A DNA stretch of 64,000 nt from an uncultured virus (IMG/VR IMGVR_UViG_3300029288_005821) (taxonomy: Duplodnaviria > Heunggongvirae > Uroviricota > Caudoviricetes): IMG/VR virus record IMGVR_UViG_3300029288_005821; one strand, given 5' to 3'. Position 1 is the stretch's first letter; each line of letters opens with the position of its first letter. The position numbers were made by a program, and so were the translations under genes. Positions 20,121 through 28,123 of this stretch are shown here, piece after piece. The notes below the pieces were generated by a model that did not search any database, was not told the DNA's origin, and saw nothing but the letters and a program-made list of their open reading frames with translations.

Positions 20121-21116
20121 CTATTCCTCTAACACACCATGCTCAGCCGCTTCAATAGTCTCTAAAATGATATTTCTAAGATCCTCAGGATAACCTGAGT
20201 TTTTCAATTCTTCAAGTTTATCATCGACATTTCCAAAAGTCGAAGTAGCAGTAGTACGAAGTTTTTGTATGAACTCGTCTAAATTGCGTCGTTCTTTATC
20301 AAGTGCCTTCTTCTTTTCAAGGTCAAAAACTTCAGAAGCATCCTTGATTGGTATATCATGAACATCAATAGAAATTCCTCGAGAGTCACAGACAATACTC
20401 GATACCTTCGGAATACGATCAAGATTTTCGAAAGTTAAGGCCCCTCTAGAGACAGCACCAAGATTCACAAATTTGACGCCAAGGTGTTCTTTAACACCTT
20501 GATCTTTGTGATAATGCCCAAAGACATAAACATCAGGGCATCCTTCAAATATTAAATCTCGATAATCAAATACTCGTTCATTAAAGAATGTTTGAACACG
20601 TTCTTCTGGCGCGAAAGCTGCTAACGCATGAACAAAAGCAATAGTATATGTGCTAGAATCGTTCTTCTTTACGGCCTCTCTCAGAGCGTCGTCATATAAA
20701 TCAGTCGTATATTCAACACCAATAAGTCGAACGTTCAAAGTTCCTGAAGTGAGAGTTTCATCTTTAAGATGTCTGAAAACACCGGAACGAAGAAGAACAC
20801 CAAGCGGCTGTTTAGGGAGAGAAAGCGGATCATTATAACTCATGTCATGATTGCCACCGATGGCATATGTTGGACATGAATAATTACGATGAATCCTAGC
20901 CGATTGAGCGACAGTTGCCATTGTCGTCTTATTAGCAGCTTTCACATGAAAAAAGTCGCCAACACGAACAACAGCATCAGCTTCTAACCTTGAAGCAAGC
21001 TGACCTTGCCATTCAAGCTTCTCAAAAATGGCATCCCTGTAACAGTCTTTTCTGTAACCGGGGTTGAGATCGGCAAGATGTTCGTCAGATGATGTGACTA
21101 ATCTGATTTTCGACAC
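20121..21116 (-). CDS. sbcD: SbcD/Mre11 metallophosphoesterase nuclease
   Basis: SDEH, GDFFH, GNHD, FVH and FGHYH motifs. Confidence 0.88.
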   Translation of the reverse strand: MSKIRLVTSSDEHLADLNPGYRKDCYRDAIFEKLEWQGQLASRLEADAVVRVGDFFHVKAANKTTMATVAQSARIHRNYSCPTYAIGGNHDMSYNDPLSLPKQPLGVLLRSGVFRHLKDETLTSGTLNVRLIGVEYTTDLYDDALREAVKKNDSSTYTIAFVHALAAFAPEERVQTFFNERVFDYRDLIFEGCPDVYVFGHYHKDQGVKEHLGVKFVNLGAVSRGALTFENLDRIPKVSSIVCDSRGISIDVHDIPIKDASEVFDLEKKKALDKERRNLDEFIQKLRTTATSTFGNVDDKLEELKNSGYPEDLRNIILETIEAAEHGVLEE

Positions 21117-21142
21117 TGATCAAAATTACATTGAAAAGAACT

Positions 21143-23374
21143 TCAAGGAAATCCTGAAGCCTGGTCAACGTCAAGACCGGTCGATATCAATAATGAAAGA
21201 TCCGAGTTTCTCATAGTCTCACGTTCATTTTTAACGGAGAATAGGAAAGCATCTGGATCACCAAAAAGAAAAACTTTTTTCTTTGCTCTAGTGATAGCTG
21301 TATAAACAAGATTTCTATATAGCATAATCCCGTACTGCATCGTCATCGGCATGATAACATAATCAAATTCCTGACCCTGACAACGATGTGCAGTACAAGC
21401 ATAAGCGACAGTCAACATCATCCTACATTCTTCAACACTAAATGTAAAGACCTTGTCAACATATCGAGGGACTGACGATTCCTGATCAAACCAGTTAAAA
21501 ACTCGAACCTCAACTTCATCATCTTTTAGAGAGATTCTTTGAACTTTCCCAGTATCACCGTTGAAAATCATGCGGTCATAATCATTCTTTATGATCATGA
21601 CACGATCACCTTCATATAGATCTGAAGTCCCATGTTTTATGTAAGCAGCCCGTTTAGATGCGAATTCAGGATTAAGAACAGGCCGAAGGGATTTATTTAA
21701 GTTATTTACACCTAATTGTCCATCATATTTTGGAGCAATAAGCTGGAAATTCGAGCCCTTCTCTTTCATGAGAGCAGTAAGCTTACAAACTTCTTCAACA
21801 ACCGCCTCAAGCGAATATCGCATGAAAACAAATTGTGATTTCTGACGAAACGATAGATCTATGTCAGAACCAGCAAGAATTTGATGGGCGACTGAAATAA
21901 TATCTGATTGATCTGATTGTCTATATATCCTCTTAAGGAAAACATGAGGAACATCAGGACAACTCAGGAGAGAATTTAAAACATATCCAGCACCAACTGA
22001 CGGTAACTGAGCAGCATCACCAACTAGGATAACAACAGTCGATGGAGTTAGAGCGGTCATTAATCGGTAGAAAGTCTCAGAATCTACCATGCTCATTTCA
22101 TCAACAATGATGGCATCAGCATAAAATTTATTGTTAGCCCCAAATTTCCAACCACCATCACGATTATAACCAAGAGCTCTATGAATTGTGGAAGCTACTT
22201 TGCCCGTCACTTGTGATAGACGCTTCGCAGCTATACCAGTTGGAGATAGAAGAAAATAATCAAGATTTTTCTTCTCGAATAAATCAACAAATGCTGATAC
22301 AAGGGTTGTTTTACCGGTTCCAGGATAACCAGAAATTACGCAAACACGAAATTTCTTTAGCATGAAGAAAGCATCTCTCTGTTCATCAGAGAGTTTAATA
22401 TTTCTTCGTTCTTCGAATGATGAAAGAATTTCATCAAGATCCCCGAAAGAAGGGGCGCCGGATTTCAATAAATCTGATACATGTCTAGCTGCTTCCGATT
22501 CAAAAATCCAGTTATTTTTTAGGTATAACTTCGTTCCATTTGAAACTATAACACCGGATTTTTTGAGTTCGGTAAGACAAGTATAATATGCAGATTCCGA
22601 TAGATAATCTCCGTGAGAAAAAGATTCAAGACCTTGTCTAAAAAGTTTTTTAGTTTGATTAAATATATCTTCAGAAACAACGTAAGTATGACCGTCTGAA
22701 CGAGAAAGTTCATCCATCGAGTATATAATTAAAGCAGAGACTCTCCTTAAATCATCTCTGCCGATCCCAAGTTTTTTGGCAACTTGATCAGCTGTCGAAA
22801 AACCAATACCGGAACATTCATAGAGACAATAAGGATTAGCTTTAATGAGCTCTGTAGCTCGAGCCCCGAAGGTACTATAAACAGACCGAATCTGTGTACC
22901 ATTGAGGCCAAAATCAGCTAAGAAAATTGATACTGTTCGTTGTTCAGATGATTTCTTCCATTCAGTCTGAATAGATTGTCTCTGTTGAGTGGTTAGAAAA
23001 TCACATTCAGAAAGACGTTCAGGAGTGTTATCTAAGATAGAAACTAAATCGTCACCGAATGCTGTATAAAGTTTTCCAGCGGTAACCGGACCTATCGATT
23101 TAACATTATTGATAAGATAGGTCATGACGCCAGTTCTTCCTTTTTCAGGAATGATTTCACAAGCCGAAGCTGTGAACTGACGACCATAAGTTGGATGATT
23201 TCCCCAAACACCACAAAATTTCGCCTTCACACCATTATCGAGTGTTATGTCAGGGAAAACACCATTAACAACGGCTTTTGAATTACCTTTCTCGAGTATT
23301 ACTCTGACAACGGTATATCCAGTTCCCTTATTGGCGAATAGGGTGCCACTAATTTTTCCTATAAGTTCTTCCAC
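21143..23374 (-). CDS. recD2: RecD2-like SF1B helicase
   Basis: N-terminal OB/HhH region, GYPGTGKT, DEMSM, GDAAQL, YRQ, QGQEF, YTAITRA. Confidence 0.93.
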   Translation of the reverse strand: MEELIGKISGTLFANKGTGYTVVRVILEKGNSKAVVNGVFPDITLDNGVKAKFCGVWGNHPTYGRQFTASACEIIPEKGRTGVMTYLINNVKSIGPVTAGKLYTAFGDDLVSILDNTPERLSECDFLTTQQRQSIQTEWKKSSEQRTVSIFLADFGLNGTQIRSVYSTFGARATELIKANPYCLYECSGIGFSTADQVAKKLGIGRDDLRRVSALIIYSMDELSRSDGHTYVVSEDIFNQTKKLFRQGLESFSHGDYLSESAYYTCLTELKKSGVIVSNGTKLYLKNNWIFESEAARHVSDLLKSGAPSFGDLDEILSSFEERRNIKLSDEQRDAFFMLKKFRVCVISGYPGTGKTTLVSAFVDLFEKKNLDYFLLSPTGIAAKRLSQVTGKVASTIHRALGYNRDGGWKFGANNKFYADAIIVDEMSMVDSETFYRLMTALTPSTVVILVGDAAQLPSVGAGYVLNSLLSCPDVPHVFLKRIYRQSDQSDIISVAHQILAGSDIDLSFRQKSQFVFMRYSLEAVVEEVCKLTALMKEKGSNFQLIAPKYDGQLGVNNLNKSLRPVLNPEFASKRAAYIKHGTSDLYEGDRVMIIKNDYDRMIFNGDTGKVQRISLKDDEVEVRVFNWFDQESSVPRYVDKVFTFSVEECRMMLTVAYACTAHRCQGQEFDYVIMPMTMQYGIMLYRNLVYTAITRAKKKVFLFGDPDAFLFSVKNERETMRNSDLSLLISTGLDVDQASGFP

Positions 23375-23408
23375 TTGGAATAAATTACACTAGAAAGTAG
23401 AAGATTAT

Positions 23409-24212
23409 TTAAGAAGGGATAGACATCAGATCCATAAGCTGTTGCTCTGATATAATAATAACCCCATTTTTCTTGGCGGACATCATCTTCTTTGAAGTAG
23501 TATCAGTATCATTAGTAACGAGATATGTGGTTCCTTTAGAAACAGAATTTTGAACTGTTCCGCCAGCATCCATTATCATCTTTTGAACAGTTTTTCTCGG
23601 CTTTGAGAGATCACCAGTTATACATACTGATTTACCTTTAAGTGGACCATCAGAAACTTTCTTGACCTCCAAAACTTCCAACAAATCAAGAAGAAGTTCT
23701 TTTCTTTCTAAAATCCCTTCTTGAATTTGACGTGCAGTTTTCTCCCCAATATTTGGAACGGCAACTAATTCATCGAAGCCAGCTGATACAATTTTATCGG
23801 CAGTATCGAACCCGGCAGAGACAAGATCAGTTGCTGTAGAAAGACCGAAATTCGGAATGTTTATCGATGCAAGAATCAATTCAAGAGGAAGAGACTTATT
23901 TGAATGAAGTGCTGCATAACATTTATCTGCCATTTTACGGCCAGAACAGCAATCAGTCCAATCATCGATAGTTAAACGATAAAGGTCAGCGACCGAAGAT
24001 ACGTTCGGTAATTCGGCTAAAGCTTCAATCGTTGCATCACCAATATTTAAAAGTCCGAGATTCCTGATCCAGACTTTCAATGATCCGATAAGTCTAGATG
24101 GACATGAAGTATTATTACAATATAAGAAATCACCGACAATAGCAGTTGGTCCTGAACATACAGGACAAAACTCAGGTATTTGAAAGAGATCAGGGCGAGA
24201 ACCTTCTGTCAT
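23409..24212 (-). CDS. NAD-dependent DNA ligase, C-terminal part (Zn finger, HhH, BRCT)
   Basis: PEFCPVC..LYCNN..C, HhH repeats, BRCT (LKGKSVCITG...SVSKGTTYLV). Confidence 0.88.
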   Translation of the reverse strand: MTEGSRPDLFQIPEFCPVCSGPTAIVGDFLYCNNTSCPSRLIGSLKVWIRNLGLLNIGDATIEALAELPNVSSVADLYRLTIDDWTDCCSGRKMADKCYAALHSNKSLPLELILASINIPNFGLSTATDLVSAGFDTADKIVSAGFDELVAVPNIGEKTARQIQEGILERKELLLDLLEVLEVKKVSDGPLKGKSVCITGDLSKPRKTVQKMIMDAGGTVQNSVSKGTTYLVTNDTDTTSKKMMSAKKNGVIIISEQQLMDLMSIPS

Positions 24213-24244
24213 AACAGAAGATACAAGACAAAACTCAGAATTTA

Positions 24245-24874
24245 CTACTGCTGAGTTTGTTCTTCGTCCTCATCAACTTCTTCATCTTCGTCAAAATCTT
24301 TGAGCTCTTCGTCATCACCTTCGAGATTCAATTCCGCTTCAAAATCTTCGTCAGGCTTTTGAAACTCAGCCGGAATCTCTGGAGGAGGGGCATTTTCAGG
24401 AACAGCATTATTCGGAGTCCCACCGAAAACCTGTTCTTGAACCATGGAACTCTTTCCTTCATGGAAAGCCTTCATGAATTCACCCATCTCCCCACCGAGT
24501 GAGAGGACTTTTTCAGCAATCTTAGAAAGATCGTCGTTTTCTTTCCCAGTGAAATCTTGCTGAAGACGAGCAATCTTCGAATATGTCATTGCCAAATCTT
24601 TTAGAATATCGGCAATATATGAATTAACTCGATACCACTCTGTATCTCGTGCGTCAGTGGGCGCAGGAGCTGGCGCAGCCTGAGGCGCAGGAGCTGGCGC
24701 AGCCTGAGGCGCAGGAGCTGGCGCAGCCTGAGGCGTACCGCCTTGATTACTCTGACCGTCGTCTGCTTCCCGAAATTTAGCAGCGATTTGAGCAAATCGT
24801 CCTTTCGGCTCTTTGAAAGAACCGCTAAGATTTGCTTCAACTCTAGCAGCAGTAATCTGAAAAGGAGTCGCCAT
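24245..24874 (-). CDS. Acidic/Pro-rich hypothetical protein
   Basis: 209 aa; QAAPAPAP repeats; acidic tail. Confidence 0.65.
   Translation of the reverse strand: MATPFQITAARVEANLSGSFKEPKGRFAQIAAKFREADDGQSNQGGTPQAAPAPAPQAAPAPAPQAAPAPAPTDARDTEWYRVNSYIADILKDLAMTYSKIARLQQDFTGKENDDLSKIAEKVLSLGGEMGEFMKAFHEGKSSMVQEQVFGGTPNNAVPENAPPPEIPAEFQKPDEDFEAELNLEGDDEELKDFDEDEEVDEDEEQTQQ
24660..24735. repeat. 24-bp tandem repeat x3 (coding)
   Basis: GGCGCAGGAGCTGGCGCAGCCTGA occurs three times perfectly. Confidence 0.95.
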
Positions 24875-24942
24875 CTCTGATTAAGAGATAACAAAGGGCT
24901 AATCCGGACGTAAATTACGTTCGATATCCCGTAGATATAAAT

Positions 24943-26658
24943 ATGGAACAGATCGTAATCGAAGAAACGAATACTACAAACCGGGTGGCCGATATAATAA
25001 TCGACACTTTAATTAGTCTAAATGTGACCCATTTTTTCGGAATCCCAGGGGGTCCAGTATCACCAATTTTTCACGCAACCTGGAAGCATCCGAAAGCTAG
25101 ACTCATAGAATCACGGCAGGAGACAAGTGCCGCTTTTACAGCCATGGGATATCATAGAGCATGTGGGAATACTCCATGCGTCATAGTCACTGCCGGTCCC
25201 GGAGCGACAAATGTTGTAACTGGAGTAGCTGCAGCTGCAGCTGAAAAAACTCCAATGATAGTTATCTCTGGAGATGTTTCTTGGGAAACTAGCGGTAAAC
25301 GACTACTTCAAGATTCCGGACCTCAGGGGATAAATATCGACGCAATGTTTCAAGGGATAACGAGGACCATAATCAGAATCAGACAAGCAAAATCAGCCTC
25401 AGCTCATATAGCCGAAGCTCTTCAAATAGCAACTAACCCAAAAAACCCGGGACCAGTCCTAGTCATTATTTCAATAGACAAAGCCTCGGAAAAAACTACC
25501 TCCCCAACCATTGTCGTAACCCCAGTTATTAAAATGAATGATCATGGGGTTGATATGGACTTGGTAAAACTAATTAGAGATAGACTCATTAAAGCGGAAC
25601 GCCCGTTACTTGTTTTCGGAGCTGGTTGCAGACCTTTTTGGCATCATCTCGAATGTCTCTTGTTTGAGTTCAAAATTCCATTTATCACTACACCACGAGC
25701 AAAAGGCATAGTGAATGAAACTCATTCTTGCTCTCTAGGACACGGCGGATTAGCAGCCAGAGCATGGGCAAGAGAGTATACGAGACGTGGGGTTGATTTC
25801 GCTCTTGTCATTGGAACAGATCTAGATGATTGCTCAATTGGATCAACCAGTTATATTAAAGATGGTGGTGAATTAGTTCATATCGATTGCAACGCATTAG
25901 TCTTCAACCGAAATTTACCAACATCATTAGGAATAGTTGCTGACATAGGAGTTTTCCTAAATCAACTAACTGTAGCTGTTCAAGATATTGAGGTATCACT
26001 TAAGCCAGAAATTGAAGAAATTAAAAATAATTCACCTTTCGATCACCAAAACTTTGAAAGTGATGGAAGCGCAATCATAACACCATATCGAGCTTTGGCA
26101 GATCTGCAGCATGCTTGCCCAGACGCAAGATTTGTAACAGATATTGGAGAGCACATGCTATTTGCACTCCATTATTTAATAACAACAAAGCCAGATAGAT
26201 TTACGATCCATCTCGGTCTCGGAAGTATGGGATCGGGTATTTGTTCTTCCATAGGAATGGCGATAGGGGATCAGTCATCTAAAGTTATCTGTATATGCGG
26301 CGATGGCGGGATGCAAATGTCTGGAATGGAACTCATGGTAGCAAAAATGCAAAATCTACCAATATTGTTCGCAGTCTTCAACGACTCTCGTTATAATATG
26401 GTGCATCACGGATTCAGTCAAGTCTATGGGGAAAATATTCCTGTCGAAACTCCACTTATCGATTTTCGAAATTGGGGACTATCAATGGGAATCAATGCTG
26501 AGCGAATAAATCATCCGGGCGATATAACAAGTAATATGATCGATTTACTTACAAAAGATGGCCCGGCAATTTTAGATATTAGAATAGATCGTAATAAACG
26601 GGTTGTTGGAGGAGGAAGAAACGAAGTTCTTAAACAAATGAGTGAACCAGTCAAGTAA
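24943..26658 (+). CDS. Thiamine pyrophosphate-dependent enzyme (acetolactate synthase-like family)
   Basis: FGIPGG, catalytic Glu in SRQETSAA, TAGPGATN, TPP motif GDGGMQM...N. Confidence 0.9.
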   Translation: MEQIVIEETNTTNRVADIIIDTLISLNVTHFFGIPGGPVSPIFHATWKHPKARLIESRQETSAAFTAMGYHRACGNTPCVIVTAGPGATNVVTGVAAAAAEKTPMIVISGDVSWETSGKRLLQDSGPQGINIDAMFQGITRTIIRIRQAKSASAHIAEALQIATNPKNPGPVLVIISIDKASEKTTSPTIVVTPVIKMNDHGVDMDLVKLIRDRLIKAERPLLVFGAGCRPFWHHLECLLFEFKIPFITTPRAKGIVNETHSCSLGHGGLAARAWAREYTRRGVDFALVIGTDLDDCSIGSTSYIKDGGELVHIDCNALVFNRNLPTSLGIVADIGVFLNQLTVAVQDIEVSLKPEIEEIKNNSPFDHQNFESDGSAIITPYRALADLQHACPDARFVTDIGEHMLFALHYLITTKPDRFTIHLGLGSMGSGICSSIGMAIGDQSSKVICICGDGGMQMSGMELMVAKMQNLPILFAVFNDSRYNMVHHGFSQVYGENIPVETPLIDFRNWGLSMGINAERINHPGDITSNMIDLLTKDGPAILDIRIDRNKRVVGGGRNEVLKQMSEPVK

Positions 26659-27817
26659 ACTCACGCCTTGTAAGATCAGTATTATGGAACTATTAGAGAT
26701 AGACGACCTCGAAAAAGAAGAGGCGGAGCTGAGAGAAGCCAGACTGGCATATTATAATCTTACTCCGATAATGTCAGATCCTGAGTACGATGCACGCCTC
26801 GAAAGACTAAAGCGACTAAAGCCAGGAAGTTTCGAAGTCGAAGTCGTTGGAGCTGAAGTTCCAAAACTTTCTGTTTGGGAAAAAGTAGAGCACAAGATCC
26901 CGATGGGGTCATTGTCAAAAGTAAACAGTGAAAAAGAATTTCGCGAGTGGGCAACAGAAGTCATTGGAGATGATGACGGCCCGAAAGCTTTCTTATTTAC
27001 GCATAAAATTGACGGGTCGAGTATGGAACTCGTCTACGAAGCTGGGGAATTAGTAAGATGCGTTACTAGAGGGAATGGGACAATCGGTGAAAACGTAACT
27101 GATAATGTCTCTCGAATACCGAACATTCCAAAATCGATTGTTATATCTAGTGAAGAAGTGACGGTTCGAGGTGAAGTCGTCATGTTAAAGCAAGTTTTTC
27201 AGGAGAAATACTCCGAAAACTATGCTAATCCTCGAAATACTGCAGCAGGAAAAATCAGAGATAAGAAAACAGACGGTAGAGACTGCGTTAATCTGATCTT
27301 CCTTGCATATACACTAGTATCTGCTACTGCACCGAAAACAGAAGAAAAATGTTTCCGAGTTTTACAGAAGCTAGAATTTCAAGTACCAGATTACGGAACC
27401 GGGAGCATAGACGATGCAGTCGAATGGCACAAAGCACTTGCAGATTATAAACGAGAAATAAATCCGTATGAAATGGATGGAACAGTAATAAGAATAAACG
27501 ACATTAAAGCACAAGAAGAACTCGGTGATTTAGGTATGAGACCAAGAGGTCAAATTGCCTATAAATTTGATCCGATAATGGGAATCACTAAAGTGATCGA
27601 CATTAAATGGCAAGTCGGAAATTCCGGTCGAATAACACCGGTAGCTTCTGTTGAACCAATAGAAGTTGGTGGAGTAACAATAACTAGTATTTCACTTCAC
27701 AACTTAGCGATGTTTAAAGAATTGGCTTTATTCCAGGGATGTCGCGTCTTAGTTAGTAGAAGAAACGATGTCATCCCATATATTGAGCAGAATCTTGATG
27801 CTAAAGAAGCTGCCTAG
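26642..27817 (+). CDS. ligA: NAD-dependent DNA ligase, N-terminal part (Ia, adenylation and OB domains); likely start 26683
   Basis: AYY....SDPEYD, HKIDG, TRGNG..GENVT, RGEV, NPRN.AAG, DGTV, AYKF, ending RRNDVIP. Confidence 0.92.
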   Translation: MNQSSKLTPCKISIMELLEIDDLEKEEAELREARLAYYNLTPIMSDPEYDARLERLKRLKPGSFEVEVVGAEVPKLSVWEKVEHKIPMGSLSKVNSEKEFREWATEVIGDDDGPKAFLFTHKIDGSSMELVYEAGELVRCVTRGNGTIGENVTDNVSRIPNIPKSIVISSEEVTVRGEVVMLKQVFQEKYSENYANPRNTAAGKIRDKKTDGRDCVNLIFLAYTLVSATAPKTEEKCFRVLQKLEFQVPDYGTGSIDDAVEWHKALADYKREINPYEMDGTVIRINDIKAQEELGDLGMRPRGQIAYKFDPIMGITKVIDIKWQVGNSGRITPVASVEPIEVGGVTITSISLHNLAMFKELALFQGCRVLVSRRNDVIPYIEQNLDAKEAA

Positions 27818-28103
27818 TACGAAGTATCGATGTAATTCTTGAACTAAATGATAAATTTCCTCCAGAATTCATTAAATTCTGGATAGTTATAGTCCATGAC
27901 TTTGGTCGTTCATCCTCAGTATTGGGAATGAAAGCAGACCATCCACGTCTCGGTACTCGAGGAGGATTGTGGTTATAACCAGGATCGTCTGCTGATATGA
28001 AAACATGCGTCGGATTATCCTTGGCAAAATTTTCCATATCAGCAGTCAACTCTGATATGTTTTCAAAATCGGTAGGGAGTGGAGAATTATCTTTATCTGT
28101 CAC
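27801..28103 (-). CDS. Hypothetical protein, 100 aa
   Basis: TGTAATGT box 5 nt before GTG. Confidence 0.55.
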   Translation of the reverse strand: MTDKDNSPLPTDFENISELTADMENFAKDNPTHVFISADDPGYNHNPPRVPRRGWSAFIPNTEDERPKSWTITIQNLMNSGGNLSFSSRITSILRTRQLL

Positions 28104-28123
28104 AAATCACATTACAACAGATA

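Noticed and set aside
24660..24735. CRISPR-like repeat
   Set aside because: The units have no spacers and are in-frame coding repeats.
23409..27817. Split intein or active invertible switch rejoining the ligase halves
   Set aside because: No intein terminal motifs, no boundary inverted repeats and no recombinase nearby.
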